A DNA stretch of 56,973 nucleotides from a virus. Taxonomy: Duplodnaviria; Caudoviricetes. Below are positions 46,787 through 56,973 of the stretch, piece by piece. Made by a program: the position numbers and the translations under genes. Location of the stretch: positions 1 to 56,973 of IMG/VR virus record IMGVR_UViG_3300025120_000061; one strand, written 5' to 3'. The notes under the pieces were generated by a model that worked only from the letters and a program-made list of their open reading frames with translations, did no database searches and was not told the DNA's origin. The first letter of the stretch is position 1. Each line of letters opens with the position of its first letter.

Positions 46787-49636
46787 ATGGCTATAAGTCG
46801 TATTGGGGGCAGAGCTCTCAAAGCAAATTTAGAACGTGATAGCAATTTAGCGTTTAATACTACAACTCTCGTAGTAGACTACTCCAATGGTCGCATTGGT
46901 ATAGGAACAGCAAGTCCTTCAAGCACATTAAATGTCGTAGGCAATACTGCTATTAGTAGCGGTACGCTTGCTCTCGATCAAATTACTATTGCAGGTAATA
47001 AGATTGAAAGCACAGCAAGTAATGCTAACCTTACACTGGATGCTAACGGCACTGGTACTGTTGATATTAGAGCAAACACTACTATTGATGGCAGTATTAC
47101 ACTACAAAGTGGTGTAGCAATAAGCAGCATACTTGACGAAGACAACCTGGGCAGCGATAGTGCAACTGCACTTGCTACACAACAGAGTATTAAGGCATAT
47201 GTGGATGCACAAGCAGCCGCAAGCACTGGTATGCAACTTACACTAGGAACTCCTGCAGATAGCAGTCTCACAACAGACGCAATGTTTAAAGGACTAACTG
47301 GTAGTTCAAAGATAACAGATGCTATCGACAGTATTAATGAAAGTTTACAAAATGTTCTTAATAGTACCGCAGTAAGTAACGTTGCATTTACTAGTGATGT
47401 CACAGCAGGTGGCGCAGGTTCAGCAGCAACCCTTACAATTACTGCAGACGGTAATCCAAACAGGTACACAGTCAACTGGGGTGATGGTACAACAGATAGC
47501 AGTCTAACAGATAGCACACCTACACATACATATAGCAGCAACACCGGTAGTCCATTTGATGTTAGTGTTACAGCATTTAATGCAAGTGGTAGTGGCGATG
47601 GTAGCACTGAAACACTTGTTAAAACAGATTTCATAACAATCTTCACAGCAAATCCTGTTGCACAGTTTGACTTGTTTAGAGCAAGTTCGGGCGGTAGTGC
47701 ATTGACTGGTAATGACTTATACGTCATTGAAGGTCAGAGTTTGTATATGGCAAACACAACTACTAACATGGGCAGTGCTACAGCAAACTGGACTATGAAC
47801 TGGGGTGACGGAACCAGTGCAGATACTATAGCAAACATTAGTGCAGCAGGCGGTACAGGCGGCGCAAGATTGCAGCATACTTGGGGAAGCAGTACAGATA
47901 GTGGCACAGGCAGAGATACGTTTACACTTACACTTGCAGGACATCAAACAGCAAATCCTGCGATACTTCCTGTAACAGGTACACAACTTGTAAAAGTATA
48001 CGATAGTGCAATTGGTGCACCGGATGCACTAAGCACTAAAACATTGCCTAACGTAACAAGCACAGGCACAAGTCCTAAACTTGCACACGGATTTACTGAT
48101 CGCACTGGCGGTGCAGTACTAGCAGCAGGCGCGGATGTAAATCGTGTAACAAGTGGAACTGCAGTAGCAGGACCTATAACAACGTTTGCTTATAGAGCAG
48201 ACAGTGGTACACTCACTGCAAATATTAACGGCAGTGCAGATGGAGCAAAAGCATTTTCAGCAAGTGACGATAGTGGTACTTACACAAGCCTAATTATTGA
48301 TAGCGAAAGTGATTATAATTTACTTAACGCAGGCGGTAGTACTGTTAGTTTCTCAAGCAGTATATATCATCCTGCACTGTACACAGGATTCAAAGCAAGA
48401 ATTAGTAAAGCAGTAAGCGGACTTAGTGTAGGCTTAAACAGCATGCAACTTATTCATAGCACCACAGGCAATAGCAGTAAAGTAGAATTTGTAAAAGATG
48501 ATCTTACTGCAGTCCCGGCTGTTAGTGCAGCAGGCACACTAAGTGAAAGCACTGCTGGATCAAAGCGTTTTGTATCAGGTATACCTTATTACAATACTGG
48601 TAGTCCGGCACTTACACTAACTGGTGCTCAGTTTACAAATCTTGTAGGACAAGCATATACAAACCAAAGTAATATTGTTGAAATTGACAGCGACAGTAAT
48701 CAAGAAGGCACAAGCAGTGCAGCGTTTACCGGGCAAAATTATACCTATGCTAATATTGATGGAAGCACTACTATGTTATCAAGTGGAGTACCAAAAGCAA
48801 GTACTGGCACAAGCAGTGCATATGCAATTGGTAACTTGGTTATACCTATTACTAGTAGCAGTGTGCGCACAGTTGATACAGCACATATCCGTGCAAGAAA
48901 CGTTAACGGTGCAAGCGGGTATACTGATATTACAGGCAAAATACAAGTGCATACAGCGGCACAGAGTGGCATAAGTGAAATTGCAATTGCAGTAGCAGAT
49001 GCACTTGGTGCAACATATGATGATGATGGAAAACGTATTTTTGATCTAAGTGCAGCAACTACAAACACTCCTGCGTACTCAGGCAGTGCAAACTTTTATA
49101 CAAACAGTTTGTATACAGAACAAAGTGATCCTGGCGTAGCAGGCACAAAAGAAGCAACTGTGAGACTTGGTGTAATCAAGCATGATGTTACAGACTACTC
49201 AAGCGGTTACTTGCCAACTGGTCCAGATAGAAGCGGTGACACAGGTACACAGTACTTTACTTTTGCATTCCGTAGAACAGGTGTTGCTAACTTTGATATT
49301 AATATAACAAGTAACGGAGTTACAGGTGTGTTTATTGCAGCACCGGGCACAGGCATAGATAACAGTAGTGGACTGAACGGCTGGTTAGATTGCAGTACAA
49401 CTTACGGCGGTAGTGGACAGCCAGGCAGTGATACAGGCAATGGTGGTAACGGCAGTAATGGTTGCGCATTTACATCAGGAGATAGAATAGCAGCAAGCAC
49501 TGCACTAAGCGGTGGCTATACAATGACACTGGGATCAGAAAACATGAGTAATGCTAGAAATAATGTTGTACTAGTTCGTATTGCACTAGCAAGTGGTCAA
49601 AGTGTTAGTGCATTGAGTATAGGAGAGGCTGCGTAA
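46787..49636 (+). CDS. Large virion structural protein with PKD-like domains
   Basis: YTVNWGDGT..PTHTY and WTMNWGDGT PKD signatures; GRIGIGTASP and ATQQSIKAYVD fibre motifs. Confidence 0.7.
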   Translation: MAISRIGGRALKANLERDSNLAFNTTTLVVDYSNGRIGIGTASPSSTLNVVGNTAISSGTLALDQITIAGNKIESTASNANLTLDANGTGTVDIRANTTIDGSITLQSGVAISSILDEDNLGSDSATALATQQSIKAYVDAQAAASTGMQLTLGTPADSSLTTDAMFKGLTGSSKITDAIDSINESLQNVLNSTAVSNVAFTSDVTAGGAGSAATLTITADGNPNRYTVNWGDGTTDSSLTDSTPTHTYSSNTGSPFDVSVTAFNASGSGDGSTETLVKTDFITIFTANPVAQFDLFRASSGGSALTGNDLYVIEGQSLYMANTTTNMGSATANWTMNWGDGTSADTIANISAAGGTGGARLQHTWGSSTDSGTGRDTFTLTLAGHQTANPAILPVTGTQLVKVYDSAIGAPDALSTKTLPNVTSTGTSPKLAHGFTDRTGGAVLAAGADVNRVTSGTAVAGPITTFAYRADSGTLTANINGSADGAKAFSASDDSGTYTSLIIDSESDYNLLNAGGSTVSFSSSIYHPALYTGFKARISKAVSGLSVGLNSMQLIHSTTGNSSKVEFVKDDLTAVPAVSAAGTLSESTAGSKRFVSGIPYYNTGSPALTLTGAQFTNLVGQAYTNQSNIVEIDSDSNQEGTSSAAFTGQNYTYANIDGSTTMLSSGVPKASTGTSSAYAIGNLVIPITSSSVRTVDTAHIRARNVNGASGYTDITGKIQVHTAAQSGISEIAIAVADALGATYDDDGKRIFDLSAATTNTPAYSGSANFYTNSLYTEQSDPGVAGTKEATVRLGVIKHDVTDYSSGYLPTGPDRSGDTGTQYFTFAFRRTGVANFDINITSNGVTGVFIAAPGTGIDNSSGLNGWLDCSTTYGGSGQPGSDTGNGGNGSNGCAFTSGDRIAASTALSGGYTMTLGSENMSNARNNVVLVRIALASGQSVSALSIGEAA

Positions 49637-50769
49637 TGGCTATTTCAGATACCCAAAAAGTTGACTACCTTTGGAAAAAACTAGGTTATGCTGCAACTAA
49701 AACTGACACCAACTCTGCAAAGAAAGCACCTAACGAAGCAATTGCATCACCCCTTGTTCTTCGTGGCGATAAAGTTTTAAAACAAGCAAGTAGTATACCT
49801 GCTACATTGCCAGCGAGCAGTACAGGTGTACTGACAGTTTATCCAACTTCTGCACCAATAGAAACCACTAATGATGCAACTGCCGCTGCAAATAGAACTT
49901 GGAAAACAGGACAAACAGATTGGGTTAGTCCAGAGTTTGGCAGTACATATCAAGTTAAAGTTTATATCCACACTAGCAGTAACGCAGGATCTGCAGCCAG
50001 TGGCGGAAGTCAAGTGTTTGCTACAGGCAGTGGCAATGATGATGAATGGTTCTTTGACTATCAAAGTGGTGTGCTACACTTTATTGGTACTAACCTGCCC
50101 AATGGTATTAGTTTTAGTGGCAAAAGTGTTTACATTGCTGGTGCAAGATACACAGGAGATTTTGGTGTAGGCGGCGACCTAGGCGCATTTACGTTTACAG
50201 ACAATAGATTACAAACTACAACTACAAATGAAGAAATAATTATTGAACCTGCAGGCACAGGTTATGTTGCTATTGATGCTAACAGTGGACTTATTATTCC
50301 TGTAGGCACAACAAGTGAACGCCCAACAGGGCAAACTGGTATGTTACGTTTTAATAGCAGTACTAGCCAAACAGAAGTCTATAACGGAAGTGCATGGGCA
50401 TCAGTTTCCGCTACTAATACTATTACTAAAAATGATTTTAGTGGAAACGATAGCACAACAGCATTTACACTTGGTGCAAGTACAACTACAAACGCAGTGC
50501 TAGTAACACTAAACGGTACAGTACAAGAAGCATCTAATGCATACAGTGTAAGTGGCACTACATTGACTTTTACTAATGCTCCTGCTACTGGTGATGTGAT
50601 ACAAGTTAGAAGTTTTCACAGTGGAACCGCACAACCAGCGCAGAAGTTTCAGAGTTTTACTACTACACAAAGAAATGCACTTACAAGTGCAAATGGTGAT
50701 GTTATATATAACACAACCACACATAAATTCCAAGGCTATGCTAACGGCAGTTGGGTAGACTTCCACTAA
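49636..50769 (+). CDS. Virion structural protein
   Basis: Modular: IPVGTTSERP..GMLRFN, FSGNDSTTAFTL..TLTFTNAP, TTTQRNAL..NGDVIYNTT. Confidence 0.65.
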   Translation: MAISDTQKVDYLWKKLGYAATKTDTNSAKKAPNEAIASPLVLRGDKVLKQASSIPATLPASSTGVLTVYPTSAPIETTNDATAAANRTWKTGQTDWVSPEFGSTYQVKVYIHTSSNAGSAASGGSQVFATGSGNDDEWFFDYQSGVLHFIGTNLPNGISFSGKSVYIAGARYTGDFGVGGDLGAFTFTDNRLQTTTTNEEIIIEPAGTGYVAIDANSGLIIPVGTTSERPTGQTGMLRFNSSTSQTEVYNGSAWASVSATNTITKNDFSGNDSTTAFTLGASTTTNAVLVTLNGTVQEASNAYSVSGTTLTFTNAPATGDVIQVRSFHSGTAQPAQKFQSFTTTQRNALTSANGDVIYNTTTHKFQGYANGSWVDFH

Positions 50770-50879
50770 TATATTGTTGAGAATTATAAATTTTTAGCAT
50801 TGTACCTCTACGACTAGATTATATTTCCCCATACCAACTAAATACACTTATAATTTACGCGATTGGATGGAGAACCAAA

Positions 50880-53800
50880 ATGGCATTGACCAGAATTAAA
50901 ACTAACCAGATCACTGATGCCGCAGTAACCACAGCAAAAATTGCTGATGCAAATGTTACTGCAGGCAAACTGGCAAACAATCTAACTTACGGTAGTAACC
51001 TTACAGTCAGTGGAAACCTTACAGTCAGTGGTACAACAACAAGTGTTAGTACAACAAACACTCGTGTTGAAGATGCAATCATTGCACTTAGCGCAGAAGC
51101 AACTGGCTCAGCCAGTGTAGACAGTGGTCTACTTATTAACCGTGGTTCGGATGACAACCAAGCATTCCTTTGGGATGAAAGTGCAGATCAATTTATTGTT
51201 GCTAACGTAGGCGCAGAAGATGGTGATACAGCAGGCAACGTTACTGTTAGCAGTTACGCTGGATTACAAGCAGGTGCTGTAATATATGGATCATTGAATG
51301 ATGGTACAACAACACTAACGACAACTGTAGCAGAACTTAACTTAATTGACGGTGGTGCAAGTGTAGGAACTACCGCAGTAGCGACAGGTGATGGTATCGT
51401 CACTAATGATGGCGGAACAATGAGAGTAACAAATGTTGATACATTTGATACATATCTATCTGCGACAACAAAAACATTGTCAAACAAAACACTCACTGCA
51501 CCAAAAATTGCAAATGGTGGCTTTATTGCTGATGCAAACGGTAACGAACTTGTTATCTTTACAACAACAGGAAGTGCAGTAAATGAAATAACTTTTGCAA
51601 ATGCAGCCACAGGTGGACATCCAACTCTTACTACAACGGGTGGTGACACAAACATTAACCTAGTACTAAGTCCAAAAGGTTCTGGTACAATTAATGTTTC
51701 ATCAAGTCAGATTATAAATGTTACAGATCCAACTGCTAACCAACATGCCGCTACCAAAGCATATGTTGATACACAAGTTAGTTCAGGTAGTTCATTAACT
51801 ATTGCTGCTGACAGTGGATCAAATGACGTAGTTACAATTGGTACAAACACACTTACATTTGCAGGTACAGCAAACGAAGTTAACACAACAGTTAGTGATA
51901 ACCAAATACAAATTGGTCTTCCGGATAACGTAACAGTTGGTGGTGCATTAACAGTTACTGGTAACTTAACAGTAAACGGTACAACTACAACACTTTCAAC
52001 AACTAACAGTTTAGTAGAAGATTCATTAATTGAATTAAACAGTGGTGCAAGTTCAAACGCTAATGACTTAGGATTTATTTTTGAACGTGGATCAACAGGA
52101 AACAATGCGGCTTTTATCTGGGATGAAAGTGCAGACACATTCCAAGTTGGTACAACTACTGCTACAGGAAGTGCAACTGGTAACTTGACTGTAGCAGATG
52201 CAGCACTTAAAACAGCGGCAATTACTGCAAGTGGTGACGTTACAACAACAGGTTCATTTGTAATTGGTTCAGCAAGTATGAACGAAACAGACTTAGAAAA
52301 GTTAGATGGTATTACAAATGGTACTGTAGCCGCTAATAAAGCATTAGTAGCAGATGCTAACTTAGACATCGGAACACTAAGAAATATTACTGGTAATGGT
52401 AACATTGATATTAGTTCAGGGTCGGGTACAATTACAACAAACGTAGGCAACACACAATTACTTTTCAGTAGTAGTGGTGTAATTGCTGGTAATGCTGCAA
52501 TGGTATTTGATGGCACTGATGTAACATTTACAGGCGCTGGAAATGTAAACAGTCTTACAGTAGCAACAAACAAAGCAACAATTACTGCCGCAGGTATTAT
52601 TACAACTGTAGAAGATATAAGACTAGCCGCAGATAATAAGCAACTAGAAATTGGTGCTGGTACAGACTTTACAATAGGACACGATGGTACAGATACTACT
52701 ATAACTAACGCGACTGGTATACTTAAAGTTGATGGTGTAGCAGGTAGTTCAATTAGAATTAACGAAGCAGGTGCTAACGTTGACACAATTATCGAAGGTG
52801 ATAGTAATGCTTCACTAGTTGTTGTTGATGCAAGTGGCGATAATGTTGGTATTGGTGGAGCACCAAATGCAAACGCTATTTTAGATATTAACGACACAGG
52901 CGCAATGCTACTTGCTCGTGGTACAACAGGACAGCGTCCAAGTACTGCCGTAACTGGTATGTTCCGTTATAACACAACCACTAATAGTATCGAATACTAT
53001 GACAACGACAGTTGGGAAAGTGTTAGTTCATCATTTACTGTTGCTAGTTCACAGACATTTAACGGTGATGGATCTACAACTGCATTTACATTAGCAACAC
53101 TAACTGGTTCAGATAGTTATGTTGTTGCTGGCGTGCTTGTTATGCTAAACGGTGTGGTACAAGAGCCAACAACTGTTTATGGTATAAGTGGAGTAACAAT
53201 GACATTTACTTCAGCTCCTGCATCAGGTGACTTGATTGAGGTTCGTAAGTTTACAACAACCACAACTGTTACTGGACTAAGTGATTTGGATGGCGACACA
53301 CAAATTCAACTAGAAGAGTCAAGTGATGAAGACATCATAAGATTTGATATTGCCGGCAACGAAGTTATCACTATGGCAGCCGCTGGTCAAACTATCAACA
53401 ACGAACTAGCACTACGTTTTGCAGAAGCAAGTGGAAACGGTAGTAACTATATTGGACTAAAAGCACCAGCCGCTGTTTCTTCAAATGTAACATTTACACT
53501 ACCGGCTGCAGATGGTTCTGCAGGACAAGCAATGGTTACAAATGCAAGTGGTGTCTTATCATTTGCGGCAGCAGGCGCAACAATTAGTGCTGATACTAGT
53601 ACAGACACTGACTTCTTACTTTACTTTGCAGCCACAACCAGTGGCGCTTTGACTGCAGTAAAACAAGACAGTGGATTGTTATATAATCCAAGTAGTGGCA
53701 CATTAACAAGTGCAGCTTTTGCTGGTGTCGCTTCCAGCGCAAAATATGCTGACTTGGCTGAGATGTATGCAGCAGACGAGGCGATTGAGCCAGGTACTGT

Positions 53801-54110
53801 TGTTATGTTTGGCGGAGAAGGTAAAGTTGCAGTATGTGATACAGTAAACTGTCGTGCAGTTGCAGGTATCGTATCAACTGATCCAGCATACTTGATGAAC
53901 AGTGACCAGGAAGGTGCAGCACTAGCACTGGCTGGTCGTGTTCCATGTAAAGTAACTGGCCCTGTAGCACCAGGCGACATGATGGTATCAGCAGGCAACG
54001 GTATGGCAATGGCTAACAACGAAGCAGCAATGGGTACAGTAATTGGTAAAGCAATCGAAGCAAATGAAGGCGGCGAAGGCGTTATTGAAGTACTAGCACT
54101 TATGATGTAA
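50880..54110 (+). CDS. Tail fibre/spike with C-terminal autocleaving intramolecular chaperone (peptidase G2-like)
   Basis: Fibre repeats, then YADLAEMY...PGTVV..G.VSTDPAYLMN..ALAGRVPCKV.G...GD...IGKAIE. Confidence 0.8.
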   Translation: MALTRIKTNQITDAAVTTAKIADANVTAGKLANNLTYGSNLTVSGNLTVSGTTTSVSTTNTRVEDAIIALSAEATGSASVDSGLLINRGSDDNQAFLWDESADQFIVANVGAEDGDTAGNVTVSSYAGLQAGAVIYGSLNDGTTTLTTTVAELNLIDGGASVGTTAVATGDGIVTNDGGTMRVTNVDTFDTYLSATTKTLSNKTLTAPKIANGGFIADANGNELVIFTTTGSAVNEITFANAATGGHPTLTTTGGDTNINLVLSPKGSGTINVSSSQIINVTDPTANQHAATKAYVDTQVSSGSSLTIAADSGSNDVVTIGTNTLTFAGTANEVNTTVSDNQIQIGLPDNVTVGGALTVTGNLTVNGTTTTLSTTNSLVEDSLIELNSGASSNANDLGFIFERGSTGNNAAFIWDESADTFQVGTTTATGSATGNLTVADAALKTAAITASGDVTTTGSFVIGSASMNETDLEKLDGITNGTVAANKALVADANLDIGTLRNITGNGNIDISSGSGTITTNVGNTQLLFSSSGVIAGNAAMVFDGTDVTFTGAGNVNSLTVATNKATITAAGIITTVEDIRLAADNKQLEIGAGTDFTIGHDGTDTTITNATGILKVDGVAGSSIRINEAGANVDTIIEGDSNASLVVVDASGDNVGIGGAPNANAILDINDTGAMLLARGTTGQRPSTAVTGMFRYNTTTNSIEYYDNDSWESVSSSFTVASSQTFNGDGSTTAFTLATLTGSDSYVVAGVLVMLNGVVQEPTTVYGISGVTMTFTSAPASGDLIEVRKFTTTTTVTGLSDLDGDTQIQLEESSDEDIIRFDIAGNEVITMAAAGQTINNELALRFAEASGNGSNYIGLKAPAAVSSNVTFTLPAADGSAGQAMVTNASGVLSFAAAGATISADTSTDTDFLLYFAATTSGALTAVKQDSGLLYNPSSGTLTSAAFAGVASSAKYADLAEMYAADEAIEPGTVVMFGGEGKVAVCDTVNCRAVAGIVSTDPAYLMNSDQEGAALALAGRVPCKVTGPVAPGDMMVSAGNGMAMANNEAAMGTVIGKAIEANEGGEGVIEVLALMM
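50997..51031. repeat. 18-nt period tandem repeat (NLTVSG x2)
   Basis: aaccttacagtcagtgg-a-aaccttacagtcagtgg. Confidence 0.85.
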
Positions 54111-54129
54111 TCATAAAATTAAATAAAAG

Positions 54130-54156
54130 AATAGCACCTTTGGGTGCTATTTTTTT
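54130..54156 (+). terminator. Rho-independent terminator
   Basis: aatagcacc-tttg-ggtgctatt followed by a T-run. Confidence 0.88.
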
Positions 54157-54204
54157 GACTATAGCCAACGGATAAATACAAGCAGTTAATAAAGGAATGT
54201 ATAT

Positions 54205-56973
54205 ATGGCGTTTACAAGACCTAAAGCCAGTCAAATTGATTTTGACATTACAAATATTACAGATCCACTTATTCGTTTGAACAGTGGTGAAAGTGGTAGT
54301 GCTGACAAAGACGTAGGTATTGTAATCGAAAGAGGCAGTGATACAAATGCGGCTATTATATATGATGAAAGTGCAAACCAATTTGCAGTAATCAATACAG
54401 ATGAAACTGGTACTACTGCAGGTAATGTTACTATTTCTAGTTACGCTGATGTTAAAGCAAATGCATTTATTGGTGCATTAACAGGTAATGCGTCCACTGC
54501 TACTGCTCTTGCTACAGCAAGAAACATTGGCGGTGTAAGTTTTGATGGTAGTGCAGCAATTAATCTTCCTGGTGTTAATACTGCTGGTAACCAGAACACT
54601 TCAGGTACTGCGGCAATTGCAACCGCTGTTACAGTTACAGACAATGAGGCTACAAATGAGAATAATGTAATCCTCTTTGGTGCTGGTGCAGCAGGATCTG
54701 GTAATATTGGTGTTGAAGCCGACGGTAATATGACTTACAATCCAAGTACTGGTAAGATTACTGCTACTGGATTTGTTGGTGCATTAACAGGTGATGCGTC
54801 TGGTAATGCAGGATCCGCAACTATATTAGCAACTGCAAGAAACATTGCTGGACAATCATTTGATGGTAGTGCTGATATTACTATTGCTAGTACTGATCTA
54901 AGTAACACTAGCGCAATAACCTTACTTACATCATCACAAACTCTAACAAATAAAAGTTTAACAGCGCCTATACTAACAGGCAGTAGCAGTGCAGCAGGTA
55001 GTATTTTATTCAAAGAGGACACTGATAACGGAACTAATTCAGTAACACTAATTGGTCCAGCAGCAACCGCTGATGTAACCATTACGCTTCCGGCAAGTGC
55101 TGGCACTGTTGCACTAACTAGTGACATTGCAAGTGCAGGTATTAGCAGTGGTAACGTTGCTACATTTGGCTCAGGTGCAGCAGATGATGACTTCTTACGC
55201 ATCAATGGAACTGCCATTGAAGGTCGCAGTGCAAGTGAAGTACTAAGTGATATAGGTGGGCAAGCAAGTTTAACATTTGGTATTAGTAATACAAATGCAG
55301 TAAAAGTTGATAGTACAAGCGTGGCAGATGACGAATACGCTCGCTTTACAGCAAGTGGACTAGAAAGTAGAAGCGTTTCAGAGGTTGCTAGTGATATAGG
55401 TGCAGTTACACTAACAGGGACAGCAACACTAACTAACAAAAGTTTAACAGACGCAGTTTTAATACCAACTGCTACTACTGCTGGAAAGTTGTTGTTCAAA
55501 GAAGGAACAAACAACGGTACTAATGCAGTAACACTTATTGGACCGGCAAGTACAGCAGACGTTACTGTAACACTTCCAGCAGCCGCAGATACATTGGTAG
55601 GTAAAGCAACTACAGATACATTGACTAATAAAAGTATTGACCTAGCAAATAATACGCTAACTGGTAGTGTTGCAGAATTTAACAGTGCGCTTCAAAGTGA
55701 CAGTTTTGCTACACTTGCAAACAGTGTAACACTTACAAACAAAACACTTACAAATCCAACTATTAATGCATTCACTGGTACTGGCAATGGCAGTATTACT
55801 GGTACACTAAGCATTGTTACCACAACAACAGGTGACAGTTTATTAATAACCACCACTGAAGATTCAAGCAGTGCAGCACCTGTGATTACTCTGAAAAGAA
55901 ATAGTAGCAGTGTTGCAGATGCAGATTACTTAGGACAAATAAAGTTTGCAGGCGAAAATGACGCTGACCAAGAAGTTATCTATGCTAAAATTACTGGTAA
56001 AATTTTAGATGCAAGTGATGGTACTGAAGATGGTATTATAGAAATTACACATAAGAAAGCAGGCAGTAATAACATTAGTGCAAGATTTAGAAGTGATAGT
56101 TTACAACTTATTAACGGAACCCAACTTACTGTCGATGGAACATCAACATTTAATGGAGTTACAGTTAATAGTTCACAAACTATCAATATGGGATCTAATC
56201 GTATTACAACTGTGGCAGATCCAACCTCTGCACAAGACGCTGCTACAAAAGCATATGTCGATGCAGAAGTTGCTGGCGCCGGTGGCGATAGTGTGTTTTC
56301 TTCAGCTGCTGACTTTGCCGCTATAACAACCACTGCCACTGTTACTGAAGATCTCTCTGTAGTTACATCTTCAGCAACTAGTTCTTTGGATTTAGGTACT
56401 ATTAGTGTTCAAGGTATTGTTACTTCAACGGCTATTGTTGATGCTAATGTAACTTCAGCAAAAATAGCAAGTAGTGCAGTTACAACTGCTAAGATTGCAG
56501 ATGATGCAGTTACAACTGCTAAGATTCCAGATGATGCAATCACAAGTGTTAAACTAAGTGGCCTTACAAATTCAAGCAGTGGAGTAGTTTCAGCAGATGG
56601 TGATGGAACATTCAGTGTCAGTGCCGGTGGCGGTATGAGCAATATTGTTGAGGATACAACTCCACAACTTGGTGGAGACTTGGCATCAAACGGAAATGAT
56701 ATATTATTCGCCGACAACGACAGTGCTAAATTTGGTGCTGGGTCTGACTTAACCATCAACCACGATGGTAGTAACTCATTCATCACAGATTCTGGTACTG
56801 GGTCACTTTATATTCAAGGAACTAGCGGAGTGTTTATTCGCTCTGCGGATGGTGGTGAAAACCTTGCTGCATTTACAGATGATGGTGCAGTAGAACTATA
56901 TCATGATAATGCTAAGAAAGTAGAAACAACATCCGGGGGCTTAACAGTCACTGGTAGTATTCTTCCAGAAGCA
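54205..56973 (+). CDS. Long tail fibre-like protein, partial (runs off the window); not in the ORF track
   Basis: ATG at 54205 after TAAATA (54173-78) and AAGGAA; MAFTRPKASQIDFDITNITDPLIRLNSG...; appears open for 923 codons. Duplicated modules GNASTATALATAR.I.G.SFDGS, FKE.T.NGTN.VTLIGPA.TADVT.TLP, ADD...R.....E.RS.SEV.SDIG. Confidence 0.8.
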   Translation, partial: MAFTRPKASQIDFDITNITDPLIRLNSGESGSADKDVGIVIERGSDTNAAIIYDESANQFAVINTDETGTTAGNVTISSYADVKANAFIGALTGNASTATALATARNIGGVSFDGSAAINLPGVNTAGNQNTSGTAAIATAVTVTDNEATNENNVILFGAGAAGSGNIGVEADGNMTYNPSTGKITATGFVGALTGDASGNAGSATILATARNIAGQSFDGSADITIASTDLSNTSAITLLTSSQTLTNKSLTAPILTGSSSAAGSILFKEDTDNGTNSVTLIGPAATADVTITLPASAGTVALTSDIASAGISSGNVATFGSGAADDDFLRINGTAIEGRSASEVLSDIGGQASLTFGISNTNAVKVDSTSVADDEYARFTASGLESRSVSEVASDIGAVTLTGTATLTNKSLTDAVLIPTATTAGKLLFKEGTNNGTNAVTLIGPASTADVTVTLPAAADTLVGKATTDTLTNKSIDLANNTLTGSVAEFNSALQSDSFATLANSVTLTNKTLTNPTINAFTGTGNGSITGTLSIVTTTTGDSLLITTTEDSSSAAPVITLKRNSSSVADADYLGQIKFAGENDADQEVIYAKITGKILDASDGTEDGIIEITHKKAGSNNISARFRSDSLQLINGTQLTVDGTSTFNGVTVNSSQTINMGSNRITTVADPTSAQDAATKAYVDAEVAGAGGDSVFSSAADFAAITTTATVTEDLSVVTSSATSSLDLGTISVQGIVTSTAIVDANVTSAKIASSAVTTAKIADDAVTTAKIPDDAITSVKLSGLTNSSSGVVSADGDGTFSVSAGGGMSNIVEDTTPQLGGDLASNGNDILFADNDSAKFGAGSDLTINHDGSNSFITDSGTGSLYIQGTSGVFIRSADGGENLAAFTDDGAVELYHDNAKKVETTSGGLTVTGSILPEA
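56475..56538. repeat. 30-nt tandem repeat (AVTTAKIADD / AVTTAKIPDD)
   Basis: tgcagttacaactgctaagatt(g/c)cagatga twice with one mismatch. Confidence 0.9.

Noticed and set aside
46978-56786. Long antisense ORFs (249, 396, 259 aa and others) over the fibre genes
   Set aside because: Typical stop-poor mirror frames of Thr/Ala/Gly/Ser-rich genes, with no independent signals.
1-56973. Stop-codon reassignment as seen in some large phages
   Set aside because: Genes are full length in code 11; TAG and TGA end genes cleanly (e.g. 31539, 41764, 30643).
1-56973. CRISPR array, tRNAs, diversity-generating retroelement
   Set aside because: No repeat-spacer array, cloverleaf or reverse transcriptase seen; the direct repeats found are in-frame coding duplications without adenine-specific variation.

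Overview
A gene-dense 57 kb piece of a large T4-superfamily (myovirus, probably jumbo) phage genome in the standard genetic code. It has five blocks. (1) A minus-strand baseplate operon: tube-initiator-like, LysM/gp53-like, hub, gp5-like, gp25, gp6, a 4407-aa wedge/structural protein and a partial fibre gene. (2) A plus-strand block of late sigma gp55, gp47 and gp46, interleaved with accessory enzymes (amidinotransferase, P-loop-like, SGNH-like, radical SAM), followed by an Hc1 histone-like protein and a GIY-YIG nuclease. (3) A gp26/gp51-like pair head-to-head with a probable tape measure gene. (4) The head module (portal, inserted fibre + S8 protease pair, core, protease, scaffold, major capsid). 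(5) A run of modular fibre/structural genes. The best unexplained signals are: a ~390-nt highly structured, pseudoknotted candidate ncRNA directly after the GIY-YIG gene; a probable programmed -1 frameshift (A AAT TTT TTC) fusing gp26 to a start-less gp51-like frame; two structured late-gene leaders that could occlude their RBS; and overlapping early/late promoter arrangements with leaderless gp46/gp47 transcripts. No tRNA, rRNA, CRISPR array, integrase or reverse transcriptase was seen. All protein calls are motif recognition by eye, and all RNA pairings were worked out by hand.
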